Shown one piece after another: positions 52,975-63,510 of a DNA stretch of 64,000 bases (the stretch's first letter is position 1; the number at the start of each line of letters is the position of its first letter). Both the position numbers and the translations under genes were made by a program. The stretch covers positions 32,001 through 96,000 of IMG/VR virus record IMGVR_UViG_3300048851_000098; one strand, given 5' to 3'. The stretch is from a virus. A model generated the notes under the pieces. The model ran no database searches and was not told the origin of the DNA. It saw nothing but the letters and a program-made list of their open reading frames with translations.

Positions 52975-53970
52975 CTATCTGAGGTTGGTGATTACGTCGC
53001 CGCCCCCGCCGAGCACCTGAAGGTTCTGACAGCCTGCGTCGCCACACAGTGCCTTCACGTAGTCGATTCTCGCCTGGTACGGATTTCTCTCGTACGATCT
53101 AGCTGTGAGAGCGATCTGCTTCGCCGTCTCACGTCTGACTGCTGTCACGCCCTCTGCGGCGACTCTAGCTCTCTGAGCGTCGAGCGCTGCATTGGCGACC
53201 TCTGTGCGCTTCGTCTGCGCCGCAGTGATCTGCGTATTGACCTCGGGCGCGAAGCCGATCTTCAGATTCTGGAAACGCACGCCTTCCAGATATTCGTCAC
53301 CAAGATTCGCTCTGAGTCCGATGATGAGCTGTCTGGTGATCTCGGCCTGCACTTCGGCCAAGTTCTGAGTGTTGTTGATCGACTTGACTCTGCCTCTGAC
53401 TGCTGAATCTGCCGACTGAATGTACTGGCAGAGGTTATTCAGATCAGTGCAGTTATTAGCGCCGATTGACTGACGGAGTGCATCAGTCAGAACCGGACGG
53501 AATCGAATGCGAAGGAAGTTCTTCCAGCCCTCGTCACTGCTCAATTCCTTGCCGTCCCACTTACGCCGGCCGTACGCTCTGACGAATCTCCGCAGCAGTA
53601 CCGGATCGCTGGTCAGACGGAAAAGCGCCTGCCCCTCGGGGAACACCTGCACAGCGTCAGCCGTGGAGACAGAAATCTGATCCACGTCGTCATTGTCAGT
53701 CTCGTTCGGATTGCTCGAAAGAACCCAATCGCGTTCGGTGATCGAGTAGCAGTCCTGCTTGTTGAACGCACCGATTGGCTTGGCACCAGAGCCGGGCTGA
53801 CGAACCTCTGTGATGTCCCGTCCGTCGAATGGGCCACCTTGGCGGATAACGCACGCCTCGCCGGAATCCGTGCCCTTGAACGAGAACAGCCAAGCGGCGC
53901 CCCCAACTATCAGAAACAAGACCACGATGATGCCGACGATGCCGGCGACAAATCCCGCCGTTGCCTTCAT
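52975..53970 (-). CDS. SPFH/band-7 domain membrane protein
   Basis: N-terminal TM; STADAVQV; FRPVLTDALRQ; C-terminal coiled coil. Confidence 0.75.
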   Translation of the reverse strand: MKATAGFVAGIVGIIVVLFLIVGGAAWLFSFKGTDSGEACVIRQGGPFDGRDITEVRQPGSGAKPIGAFNKQDCYSITERDWVLSSNPNETDNDDVDQISVSTADAVQVFPEGQALFRLTSDPVLLRRFVRAYGRRKWDGKELSSDEGWKNFLRIRFRPVLTDALRQSIGANNCTDLNNLCQYIQSADSAVRGRVKSINNTQNLAEVQAEITRQLIIGLRANLGDEYLEGVRFQNLKIGFAPEVNTQITAAQTKRTEVANAALDAQRARVAAEGVTAVRRETAKQIALTARSYERNPYQARIDYVKALCGDAGCQNLQVLGGGGDVITNLR

Positions 53971-53971
53971 A

Positions 53972-54850
53972 TTACTCCTCTCCACTACTTTCATTGCTAA
54001 CCGCCGTTGCGGTCAGCACGTTGTCAGAACCAACGATGCGAGGAAAAGGTTCCTTCACGCGCCACGTCAGTTGCATCAGTCTGTCACCGTTATAGAAGGC
54101 GTTGAATGCCTTCACGATGAATGCGGTTGCCATGATCGGCGGCACTCGCTTCAGGTCAGATGCTCTCTCGCGAAGCATCCGGTTGCGGAGCGTGAAAATC
54201 GGACTATCTTCGGCAAGACCGGCACCACTGCCAATCTGTTCGAAGAAATCCGTAGCAATATCTTCATCCACAACTGAGAAGAGAAAATGAAGAGCTGCGA
54301 TATCGGTCTTCTGAAGGATCTCAGCGCCGGCCCCTCTACGTGATGAGAACGTAACGGATCGCCGCAGATCACCGTGCCGATTCAGAAATTCGAGTGCTTG
54401 ATTGTTGCTCGTTTGGTGACGCGGGCCGTAGGGGACGCCGGTCCGTTCGTACGCGACGCACTTTCGCAGTGCTGAAGCAAGCACGTATACGTTCGTCTCT
54501 CTGCGAAGTCGCAGAGTGTCTGCGAGCGTACGCGCCGCTCCGGTGTCCATCGTCTCTTGTGTCGCATCGGCGACCCCTCTCACGACGAGTGACACCATTG
54601 GCGTGTTGCCCTCGATGATTGCCAGAAGTCGATTCTGACCGTCGAGCAGACGACCTGTGTTAGCGAAAATGATCGTCTCGCCATTGATATTCCATCTTCC
54701 CGCCTGCATGTCTTCTGCGTACTGCGTGATCTTGCGATCCCGTGATCGACGGTTATGCGTGTTCTGACCGATCCACTTCTCGGCAATCTCCGGAGTGATC
54801 TGAATCAGATCTACTTGGAGGTTTACACCGAATCTTCTGATACGAGCCAT
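53972..54850 (-). CDS. ParB/Srx-like N-terminal domain protein
   Basis: ITPEIAEKW..NTHNR..YAEDM..GRW..NGETI..LLDGQNRLLAI. Confidence 0.75.
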   Translation of the reverse strand: MARIRRFGVNLQVDLIQITPEIAEKWIGQNTHNRRSRDRKITQYAEDMQAGRWNINGETIIFANTGRLLDGQNRLLAIIEGNTPMVSLVVRGVADATQETMDTGAARTLADTLRLRRETNVYVLASALRKCVAYERTGVPYGPRHQTSNNQALEFLNRHGDLRRSVTFSSRRGAGAEILQKTDIAALHFLFSVVDEDIATDFFEQIGSGAGLAEDSPIFTLRNRMLRERASDLKRVPPIMATAFIVKAFNAFYNGDRLMQLTWRVKEPFPRIVGSDNVLTATAVSNESSGEE

Positions 54851-54980
54851 TCTGATCCTTTCCCGTGATCTGGTGTGCTGGCCGAACACTACCAGAAACG
54901 GCTTACATGCGGTGACTTTCACAGATACGGGCTACAAGCAATAAGCGCCTGTAGCCCCGTATTTCTGCGACTAGTTGGTG

Positions 54981-55808
54981 TTAGCTCGGGTTCACTGCGC
55001 CGAGCTTCAGCGCGTCGATCTTGGCAGCTCCGATTTCACCAGGATCAGAACCCTGACTGATGAGTGCGAAGCACCGCACTTCGAGAACCGTCTCACTTGC
55101 GAACGTCTGCTGAGCACCGAGATTGATTCCGACTCGATATCCGGGTGTTCCGCTCTCGCTGTTGTTGTAGAACGATGCGTAGAACGTGTCGATGTTCGCG
55201 CTGTCCGTCGCGTTGACGAGATTGCACCGAGTGCGCGAGATCAGACCGCCGTCGCCATCGACAGCCGGCGCGATGGCGCTGACGCTGCTGGTGATCATGT
55301 ACGTTCCGGCCGGGACCGTGAGAGTCGTCTGAGTGGTCCCCTTGAGCGTGTAGTCGCCCGCGTCGGTATCTACGTCCGCAGCACGCCGACCACCGATGCC
55401 GTTGGTGTAGAGAGCGACTGACGCATCGGTTCCAGGCTCACCCTGTGGGCCTTGCGGACCCTGAGCGCCGTCCTCGCCGTCTCTCCCATTCGCACCCGGC
55501 GCACCATTGGTGCCGTCTCTTCCCGCCGGCCCTTGCGCGCCGTCGAGTCCCTTCGCACCGTTGATCCCGTTGGCGCCGTCCTTGCCATTGGCGCCCGGAG
55601 TGCCGGCAGGCCCCTGCGGACCGACAGGTCCCGGCTTTCCTGTCTTGTTCAGCTTGCTCGTGACGCCAGGAGCGAGATCCTTCTGCTGAATCGATCTGTC
55701 CTTGATGTCCTTGCTCCCGATGAGAGAGCCTGCCGTAGCGAATGCGCCACCGCTGATGAAAACGCCCACGAGCACGAAACTCAGGGCAAAGAGGATCTTT
55801 CTCCTCAT
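54981..55808 (-). CDS. secreted collagen-like (Gly-X-Y) protein
   Basis: Signal peptide ending AFA; about 24 GXY triplets. Confidence 0.85.
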   Translation of the reverse strand: MRRKILFALSFVLVGVFISGGAFATAGSLIGSKDIKDRSIQQKDLAPGVTSKLNKTGKPGPVGPQGPAGTPGANGKDGANGINGAKGLDGAQGPAGRDGTNGAPGANGRDGEDGAQGPQGPQGEPGTDASVALYTNGIGGRRAADVDTDAGDYTLKGTTQTTLTVPAGTYMITSSVSAIAPAVDGDGGLISRTRCNLVNATDSANIDTFYASFYNNSESGTPGYRVGINLGAQQTFASETVLEVRCFALISQGSDPGEIGAAKIDALKLGAVNPS

Positions 55809-55880
55809 TTTGGCTGATCCTTTCTGTTGTTGGCGATACAGCCGGACTACAGGGTAACACAGAACCCCAAAGTCCACAAG

Positions 55881-56339
55881 CTACTTCTGACGCTTCTCTT
55901 CTGTGATCTTGTGAATGGTTGCTGTCAGGACCAAATGCGTTCTCATGAAGAGATCGAACACCTTCAGAATTCTTGCGTCAATTTTGCCTTCGATGCCCGG
56001 TTCGTTTACTGCTTCTTCCAGATCAATAGTGCCCATGAGGGCGGTCTGACAGGCAGCAATCATGGTTCGCATAAATCTTGCTTCGTGAGAATCATCCATC
56101 CATTCGGACAGATATTCCGCGAATGCGCTGGTGATCACACGCGGCTTTTCTGCTTCAGGCAGATTGAGGAAAGCGCCAAGCGACATATCCCCAATATTGA
56201 GATCGCCCTCGTCAAGTTCGATATCATCGAAAACCGACTGACTTGGCTTGGTGATCTCGATACCGACCATCTGAATATTATCGCCTTCAATTCCGAGTTT
56301 TCTCAGAATCTCTTCCACTTGATCGTCAGTGAGTCTCAT
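55881..56339 (-). CDS. acidic hypothetical protein
   Basis: TAATG-coupled. Confidence 0.6.
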   Translation of the reverse strand: MRLTDDQVEEILRKLGIEGDNIQMVGIEITKPSQSVFDDIELDEGDLNIGDMSLGAFLNLPEAEKPRVITSAFAEYLSEWMDDSHEARFMRTMIAACQTALMGTIDLEEAVNEPGIEGKIDARILKVFDLFMRTHLVLTATIHKITEEKRQK

Positions 56340-57886
56340 TATCGTGTTGTCCGGGTAGGGGATTCGAGCCGGCTTGCCAGCAATGCTGTGCGGTCGGCAT
56401 AACGGAACAGAGCTGCGCTGTTCTCGGGAATTCTTTCGATTCGACGGCGCTCGTTGTCATTGATCGGAATCTGTGCGCCAGGTCCGATTTGCACGACCTC
56501 TTGGCCCGTGTATCGGGTTCCGACAATTCGACCGCCGAAATCGGCGAATACTGTTTCGCCCCACTCAGGAATTTGAATGCTCTGCTCAGCCGGACGAAAG
56601 CCAGTGCAGAGAATCGCCCAATCGTAGGGAACCTCTCGCACCCGCACACCTTCGTAAGAAGGTTCTATATCTGTCTTGTCGCGCACCGGAAAGATTCGAG
56701 AGGTTTTCACTTCACTAGAGTTCTTCGGGAAATAACGGCTCAAGCCCTTGTAGCGTGAGCGAACACATCTTTCCCATTCAGAGCGATACGCTGATTCTTG
56801 GAGAAAGCCCAGGCCAAACCAGGCGATCTTTCTCGGGTAGTCGAGCGCTGCGACGGACATGCCAGTAGACGGCCCTTGGCCCGTCAGCGCCTCCACCACT
56901 GTCTTTCCGGAGTCACCACCCCCGATCACGGCCACACGATCCATTCCGCGCAGGGGGAACGGCTGGTCCATTCTTGCCATGAATTCGGTGAAGGTGATGA
57001 TGCGAGGATCGGCAACTGGCGGCGGCAGTGGCTCGCCGAGTCCCTTCGCCACGATGATCCGATCAGTGAATATGAATCTGTTGTCCTGCTCTGTGACAAT
57101 CAGATATCTGCGAAGACCAGGATCAGCGAATCTGTTATTCGTGTTCTGTATCCGTGTAACTCTCGCATTAGTCATCACATCGGCGTTCATCGCCAACGCA
57201 ACGCGAATCGCCAGTGCAAGATCCGTATTGCGCTGATATTCGTCACCGCTCAGATCTGAAGGCTGGATCGGACCACCAGGAATGACGTTGAGTGCAGTCC
57301 CTCCCGAACCTGATCCGGGAAGTCCGATGGTGCCGGGGCGATTGCGAGAATTCAGATAGAAAGCAGCTTGCTTGCTCATCGCGAAGGCACCACCGACGCG
57401 AGGCCCGCTTTCGAGCACGAGCGGTCTAGGAAAGCCGCGCTGGCGCCGCACAGAGCAGTAGATAGCGGCGTGGAGGCCACCACCGATCACCACTTCCTCG
57501 GCATCGTAGATGCGCTCGCTCTGATCCCAAATCGTGTCGAGCTGATTCTCGAATTCAGTACGACTTGAAGAGTCCATCGCAATAGCAGCGATTCGCGCAG
57601 CTATCGGAGTAGAGAATTCCGCCTCGCGTTCCAACATCAAATCCATGATGCTGGAATCCATGTTTCTGCTGATCTCTACCAGAGCACGCTCGAATTGCGG
57701 AATCTTCTCAAACGGAGATGAATAGAAGAGCGAGCTATCGAAATCACTGTCATTAATGCGTACAGTGATAGATCCAGTTTTCACAATACCGCCGGACGCA
57801 TAAGCGGTAGCAGGAATCTCTTCTGTTTTTGTCAGGTCTGCCAGCTCTTCTCTGGTAACTGACCTGATATCGCTCCACCCTGCCAC
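56339..57886 (-). CDS. FAD/NAD(P)-dependent oxidoreductase (class B flavoprotein monooxygenase-like)
   Basis: VVIGGGLHAA..VLE..VGGAF; VAVIGGGDSG; ILCTGF. Confidence 0.7.
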   Translation of the reverse strand: MAGWSDIRSVTREELADLTKTEEIPATAYASGGIVKTGSITVRINDSDFDSSLFYSSPFEKIPQFERALVEISRNMDSSIMDLMLEREAEFSTPIAARIAAIAMDSSSRTEFENQLDTIWDQSERIYDAEEVVIGGGLHAAIYCSVRRQRGFPRPLVLESGPRVGGAFAMSKQAAFYLNSRNRPGTIGLPGSGSGGTALNVIPGGPIQPSDLSGDEYQRNTDLALAIRVALAMNADVMTNARVTRIQNTNNRFADPGLRRYLIVTEQDNRFIFTDRIIVAKGLGEPLPPPVADPRIITFTEFMARMDQPFPLRGMDRVAVIGGGDSGKTVVEALTGQGPSTGMSVAALDYPRKIAWFGLGFLQESAYRSEWERCVRSRYKGLSRYFPKNSSEVKTSRIFPVRDKTDIEPSYEGVRVREVPYDWAILCTGFRPAEQSIQIPEWGETVFADFGGRIVGTRYTGQEVVQIGPGAQIPINDNERRRIERIPENSAALFRYADRTALLASRLESPTRTTR

Positions 57887-57944
57887 GCTGATCCTTTCTG
57901 ACAGTTTTCAGGCTATCGGTCTACATCATCTCATATGCGCTGCT

Positions 57945-58505
57945 TTAGAGCAAGTCGTTCTCTTCAAGCTTTTTCCGCAAAAGGCGCAAATTCTCAGTCA
58001 GACCTTCGACTTGCTCGTGAAGCTGCTGCTTTCCATTTTCGCGCTGAGTATGTCTTACGCGAATCAAAACAAATATGAACGGACTAGAGAACAGCAAGGC
58101 CACGAGGATTACTGGCAGGAGCCACGCCGGATTGATAATGAGACTCGTGATTGTTTCGCCGTAGTTTCTTGACCATCCGCGCGTGTCTTCCCATGTCTGT
58201 TCACGCGAGCACTCAATATAAGTTTGTCCAGAATCGATTTGTTGAGTGAAACTCACGGGGTCGTTCTGACCAATAACTCTGTCTGAACAAACTTGGATAT
58301 CTCTCGTAGTGGCATCTCTATCGAGCAGATAGGCAGATGCAGTGAGTTGTGTTACATCTGACGGCAGTCTGCCGCTGTGATTCCAGTCTTGGCGTCCGCT
58401 GACATCAAGCGCTATTGAGGCGATAATGAACGATGTAACGGCCAGACACAGCCAACCGAACATCCAACTGCCCCAATACTCATACCAGTGTGGAAGTTTC
58501 TTCAT
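57945..58505 (-). CDS. two-TM membrane protein
   Basis: Two TM helices with an extracytoplasmic loop. Confidence 0.6.
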   Translation of the reverse strand: MKKLPHWYEYWGSWMFGWLCLAVTSFIIASIALDVSGRQDWNHSGRLPSDVTQLTASAYLLDRDATTRDIQVCSDRVIGQNDPVSFTQQIDSGQTYIECSREQTWEDTRGWSRNYGETITSLIINPAWLLPVILVALLFSSPFIFVLIRVRHTQRENGKQQLHEQVEGLTENLRLLRKKLEENDLL

Positions 58506-58680
58506 CTCTCGCCTATCCACCACGCGCGCATTTTCGATGATTGCTCATCGATTTGGACGAGTTCTGTTTCAACCAGACCTTGTGATTCGAGTTCGAGCAC
58601 CATTGGCAGGACAGGCGCATCGCGACGATCTATCACGATTGTTCTGCCTGCTTTCAGGCCCTCGATCAGTTCACCCATGG

Positions 58681-59145
58681 TCATTCGAATCTCACCAGCT
58701 CATCCGCGATATGGAGAGTAAGAGTATCTTCGAGATCCCATTCGCAAATGAGACTCCACAAATTATCCCACTCTTTGACTTTTTCAATTACATCTGCAAC
58801 AGTGGGATTTTCAGGGATATCCTCTTCATCAGGCCAAATCTCATCAAGAGTGAGATCAGAAGTACCTGTTATCTCAAAATGAAATGTCTTTGGTGAATTG
58901 GAAGCAGCTTCATCGTTTCTGACTGACACGGTTGTTACAGATGATTCATGCATCATGATGTGTCTAAGTACGCGCGATGGATCTCCCAGCGCCGCTACAC
59001 GCGCTTTGTGAGCGGTTGTACGTCTGGCATGGCACTCACCGAGAATCGGAAATCCTTCTCTGTCTTTACAGAATTCGCCTGCATCTGCACAACATTCTGG
59101 ACACGCGGTAATCGTTATTGCCGCTTCGAAACTATCGATCTTCAC
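58681..59145 (-). CDS. Zn-finger-containing hypothetical protein
   Basis: ACPECCADAGEFC...CHARR. Confidence 0.6.
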   Translation of the reverse strand: MKIDSFEAAITITACPECCADAGEFCKDREGFPILGECHARRTTAHKARVAALGDPSRVLRHIMMHESSVTTVSVRNDEAASNSPKTFHFEITGTSDLTLDEIWPDEEDIPENPTVADVIEKVKEWDNLWSLICEWDLEDTLTLHIADELVRFE

Positions 59146-60137
59146 AGTCCCGCACCCCCAAGTGCCAGATCGAACGCATTTGCCTTGAATGAGCCGGGAT
59201 CATCTATGGCGCGCTGAAAGCGACCGCCATCCTTGCGTTCCTCGCGCATCCAATCGGCATGCTCCACAGCAGCGTTGTAGAGGCTCCACCACGAGCGCGG
59301 GGAGTTGCCAGTGGTGTCGCCATCGGGGCCGTGGCCCTCGAAAATGAGCTGGACCTGTTCACGTGCCGCCTCGCGATTCCGTCTCTGACGCTCGCCTGTC
59401 TGATCGGTAATCGGAAACAGTCCGCTCAGGTAGGCGCGAACATCGGCTTGGGAGGGGATCGCCATAGCGAGCAGATCACCCAACGCCTTGAACTGTTCGT
59501 AGTAGTTGACGGTGACTCTGAGCACATTTGCAGCGTTTTCCATCTTCGCTTGCATGTTGCCCAGGTGTCGAAGCGTGTAGGTCCGGTCAGCGTTGTAGTC
59601 GTGCGCGAGCCTTACAGCCGCCGTGACGGTGTTCTGACAGACGATGCGGATCGGGGTCACCGCCGCAGTGATAGAGCGCTTGCCGTCGTGAGCATTCTCG
59701 ATGAATGCGTACTGGCCGATGGCGTCGCCGCCGACCTCGATGTAGTCAGGGATCTTGAGCATTACCCATACACGTCTGCCGTTCATCAACGAACCGGCAG
59801 TTTCGAAATGCATCTCAGACTGGAAGATTCCAGACAGGAAAGAGAATGCTTCGATGTTCTGCACTGGCGAATAACGTCTAGAGACGATGCCAAGTGATGC
59901 ACCTGTATCACTTCGCACGTTTGCAAAATAGCCAGGAATTGCTGTGAATGTTGGTTCATCCAGACTATTCAGGCTGTGATAAGCAATTGGCTTCTGAACG
60001 ACATCCCAGGCGAGCCCGGAAAGATGAATCGCTTCTTCAATGCTGTCGGGCGCCTTGTCGAGCACAGCCCCCAGGCCGTGCCACGGCACTTCCCGTACAG
60101 AGAACATGTGATCGTCTTGATTGATTCCCGCCGGCAT
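59142..60137 (-). CDS. DUF932 (TIGR03299-type) phage/plasmid protein
   Basis: MFSVREVPWHGLG, LGIVS.RY.PVQN, FETAGSL..GRRVW, N.HDG, PIRIVCQNT, W..YNA. Confidence 0.92.
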   Translation of the reverse strand: MPAGINQDDHMFSVREVPWHGLGAVLDKAPDSIEEAIHLSGLAWDVVQKPIAYHSLNSLDEPTFTAIPGYFANVRSDTGASLGIVSRRYSPVQNIEAFSFLSGIFQSEMHFETAGSLMNGRRVWVMLKIPDYIEVGGDAIGQYAFIENAHDGKRSITAAVTPIRIVCQNTVTAAVRLAHDYNADRTYTLRHLGNMQAKMENAANVLRVTVNYYEQFKALGDLLAMAIPSQADVRAYLSGLFPITDQTGERQRRNREAAREQVQLIFEGHGPDGDTTGNSPRSWWSLYNAAVEHADWMREERKDGGRFQRAIDDPGSFKANAFDLALGGAGL

Positions 60138-60147
60138 TTCTGATCCT

Positions 60148-60600
60148 TTATCTTGCGGTTCTGTGTTTGATGTGCGCTTTCATGACAGCCGCTTTGTCGT
60201 CAGACCACATGCCTCTCAGATCATCGAACTGTGGCAATCCGTTCTTTGCTCGTTCGATCTCCAAACGACGGCGATCATCAGACCACATTTTGCGAAGCTG
60301 TCGTTGTCTTTCTTGATCTGCTTTATTTTTGTTGTTTGGCTCATATGGACCAAACTCATCGATAAGTCGATGAATCAGATCGATAATCGGATGCGATTTA
60401 TCTCTCTGAGGCTTTGTTTCTTCTATTGCTGAAAGCGCAGTCGCTACATCCACACCAGCTTCGATTTCCTGAATCACGTTAGTAGCGACTCGCCATCTGC
60501 GGTTTGCATCCTCGATCTTTTCTTTCGCTGCAACCAGACCTAACCATGAACCGGCACCAATTCCAGCGATAAAGATTACAAGTGCGATCAAGAGTTCCAT
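60148..60600 (-). CDS. membrane-anchored hypothetical protein
   Basis: N-terminal TM; AAAGGATCAG upstream. Confidence 0.6.
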   Translation of the reverse strand: MELLIALVIFIAGIGAGSWLGLVAAKEKIEDANRRWRVATNVIQEIEAGVDVATALSAIEETKPQRDKSHPIIDLIHRLIDEFGPYEPNNKNKADQERQRQLRKMWSDDRRRLEIERAKNGLPQFDDLRGMWSDDKAAVMKAHIKHRTAR

Positions 60601-60626
60601 TGCTGATCCTTTACGTCAAACGCACA

Positions 60627-60650
60627 GTGGCGAGGCCGAAGCCCCGCCAC
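60627..60650 (-). terminator. terminator-like hairpin after the AAA gene
   Basis: GTGGCGGGGC-TTCG-GCCTCGCCAC. Confidence 0.6.
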
Positions 60651-60675
60651 ATTGCGCATTTCGTTGTTACTGGTG

Positions 60676-62193
60676 TTACTTCTCGGCCGGAACGAACACG
60701 CCCGTTTCGCCGATGCGAGGCATGTCGATGTTGGTCTTTCTGAGACGCGAGTCCACCGCTTCGTCCACCACGCGCGTGAGGCTGACCGTCAGCGGCTCTC
60801 TCGTCGCGTCCTCCTGCGCTTCCTCCATCAGTCTGAGCTGATCGCGCAGACCGTTGGCAGCGTGGACGAAATCGTCCGTCGTGAGCTTCTTCGGACGCCC
60901 TCTCTCGCGCCCGATTGCGTAGCGCTGCGCGCGGTCGATGGCTTCCTTGACGAACGCCGGCATGTAGCCGTCCATCGCTCTGCCGATGGCGTCGTAATCG
61001 AGGTTGTCGAACAGGTCGTTTCTGACCGTTGCCTCGATCATGCGTTGCACGCCGTGCGTGTCGAGCGCGCCGATGTGGATAACGGCGTCGAGACGGCCGG
61101 GACGCACCATGCCCTTGTGAATGCGCTCGGCGTGGTTGGTGGTCAGAATCGCCACCAGTTCGGTTCCCTTGGCGGTAATGCCGTCGAACATGTCGAGCAG
61201 CTCGGAAACCGCGTCAGTGCCTCTCTCAGGTGTGGAAACGGCGTCCACGTCCTCGAAAAACACCACCGATGGCTGATAGAGCCGGGCGGTCGCCATGACC
61301 TCGCTCAGATCGTCCTTGTTCGGACGGCAGAAGATGAACGTCCACCCGTTCTTGACGGCCTTCTGAGCGGTCAACAGGGCGGCCAGCGACTTGCCGGTAC
61401 CGTACGGACCTTCGAGCAGAACCGAGCGCTTGAGGGGCAGGCCAAGCTCTCGATTGAGTCTGGTCTGTTCCAGCAGCGTGAAGACGTTCGCGCCGAGCTG
61501 CGTGATCACTTCGTCGGAATAGATCACTCTGCTGGCGTGGACTGCGTTCTGATCCAGGAACGTCGGATCGGTCGAGCCGTAGATCGCTCTGCCCTTGTAG
61601 ATGGAACGCTCGCGCAGCTCCTCGCCGATTGCCTGAAACAGGCCCTCGACGTGAGTAGCGAACTTCTTCGGAGCAGTGATCGACAGCTTGAAGAGCTGGC
61701 CCAGCTCAGAATCGATGGTGTAGCCGAATTCCATCGTGCCTTGCAGCACGGGCATGGAGATCTCGCCCCACGGCACCTGCACCGTGTCAGTCAGGGAGAT
61801 CGGAATCGAGATCATCTGCGGCGGCTGGTAGCCACCGAAGAAAGACCATGTGCCCTTGCCGATGCCCGTCGTACCGAAGATGCGTCTGGTGGCAGCCAGA
61901 ACGGCGTGCGCGCCATCCCACGGGCGGAACTTGAACACGCGGGAGAATTCCGTCTCCTTCTCCTGCGCCTCCATGTGCTGTCTGAGGAACTTGATCACTG
62001 CCGGGATCGACATTCCCTCGGGCAGAACGATCTGCTTGCCCGTGTGAATGATGTCCTCGTTGGTGACGCGCTTCCCGCCGATCTCCGCGAGAATTGCGAG
62101 CTGCTGCTTTTCGAGCTGTTCCTCTGACGTAAGTCTGCGACGGCCGTTGCCGTTCGTCTCCTCCACGTCCACTTCCATCAGGTCTGTTGCCAT
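60676..62193 (-). CDS. AAA+ ATPase (classic clade)
   Basis: LLEGPYGTGKS; VFFEDVD; TTNH; RPGRLD Arg finger. Confidence 0.92.
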   Translation of the reverse strand: MATDLMEVDVEETNGNGRRRLTSEEQLEKQQLAILAEIGGKRVTNEDIIHTGKQIVLPEGMSIPAVIKFLRQHMEAQEKETEFSRVFKFRPWDGAHAVLAATRRIFGTTGIGKGTWSFFGGYQPPQMISIPISLTDTVQVPWGEISMPVLQGTMEFGYTIDSELGQLFKLSITAPKKFATHVEGLFQAIGEELRERSIYKGRAIYGSTDPTFLDQNAVHASRVIYSDEVITQLGANVFTLLEQTRLNRELGLPLKRSVLLEGPYGTGKSLAALLTAQKAVKNGWTFIFCRPNKDDLSEVMATARLYQPSVVFFEDVDAVSTPERGTDAVSELLDMFDGITAKGTELVAILTTNHAERIHKGMVRPGRLDAVIHIGALDTHGVQRMIEATVRNDLFDNLDYDAIGRAMDGYMPAFVKEAIDRAQRYAIGRERGRPKKLTTDDFVHAANGLRDQLRLMEEAQEDATREPLTVSLTRVVDEAVDSRLRKTNIDMPRIGETGVFVPAEK

Positions 62194-62276
62194 TACTTGG
62201 CTGTCCCGCCTTTGTGTTGGTTTACACAACTACCGATGCCCTCACCGGTAATGAGAGTTACGGGAATCGAACCCGT

Positions 62277-62573
62277 CTACACCATCGCTTCCGCAAGCTG
62301 CACTCTCAGCAAATCTGTTGCAGCAGACATTCTCGTCAGTTCTTCGGGATCACCTTCGAAATTCGCCTCTTCAGTGCGGAGAATCCCAATGTATTCGATG
62401 CTCTGATCGATTACCTCTTGTCTCTCGCCTGAAATGGTGATCGCATCTCTGATCGTTACCGAATCGACTGTGAATCCCCCACCTTCAATCAGAGTTCTGA
62501 CATACCAACCAAGAAAGGTTCCGCCTCGATTGATATTGAAATGCAGATTGTATTCAGCGCCAAGATCCACCAT
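62277..62573 (-). CDS. hypothetical protein
   Basis: Co-oriented and overlapping its neighbour. Confidence 0.5.
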   Translation of the reverse strand: MVDLGAEYNLHFNINRGGTFLGWYVRTLIEGGGFTVDSVTIRDAITISGERQEVIDQSIEYIGILRTEEANFEGDPEELTRMSAATDLLRVQLAEAMV

Positions 62574-63107
62574 TTATTCTAAACTCGAAAGTTCCTCCGG
62601 TAGATTGAATAAATGCATCGACTTGCGACAGCAACTCGACCACGATTTCGGTCTGATCTTCGTAACCGCTAATCGCCATTCCGCCGCGCTCTTCTGAGCG
62701 AAGAATGATGATCGAAGACAGGTCTTCCTGTTCTCTGATCACGTCCTGCATCTTTTTAGCCCACTGTGTGAGCCGGTCATGCGGACTGTCGGAACTTCTA
62801 ATGTCTGTTGTGAGTGCCACTAGCACGCTCGCTGGTACTTCTCTTCGACAGAGCCGGTGTCCTTCACGCGCTTCCAGCCGAGAGTTTCCATGTTGATATC
62901 GACATCACGGCTCGTACCTCTCTTGCGTGATCTCGCCATTCTCTTGGCCTCGACCATGGCCACATGGATCTCTCGCCGCAGAGCGCGGAGTCTCTTCGCC
63001 TCGCGCAGTCTATTGACGTGTCTGCGGTGTGTGATCTCGCGTGTTTTCAGGTTCATTCTCGCCTTTTTTCTAACTGTTACGAACCCTACAGACTGGCTCG
63101 AAAGCTG

Positions 63108-63434
63108 TCAAGCCTCATCGTCCATGGGATATCTGTACTGTTCGAGCATTTGCGCCAGGGTGATACATGTTTCGTTTGGACCAGCGCGATTGAAGCTTAT
63201 TACTTCTTCTGCTGACGAATTTGTATTTGTATAGCTAGTACCGGTTTCGTCTGCGCGGGCGATCCGGGCCTCGCCGGTTGCCAGGTCACGGGAAACCCCT
63301 TCTTCCGTGATGGTGTATTCGCTCGCAGCCTTCACCGCTTGCTCCCGCGTCATCACATACGACACGGGAGCATCTACGACCTCTGACCACTCGATATATG
63401 CGTCATCACCAAGTTTCAGGAATGCACGACTCAT
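63108..63434 (-). CDS. conserved phage hypothetical protein
   Basis: YIEWSEVVDAP...FNRAGPNE. Confidence 0.6.
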   Translation of the reverse strand: MSRAFLKLGDDAYIEWSEVVDAPVSYVMTREQAVKAASEYTITEEGVSRDLATGEARIARADETGTSYTNTNSSAEEVISFNRAGPNETCITLAQMLEQYRYPMDDEA

Positions 63435-63510
63435 TAGATATAATACACCATGAGAGCTACAAACGCGAGAAACATGATGATTTCGCCAATGCTGGCAGTG
63501 CGTGTTCTTC

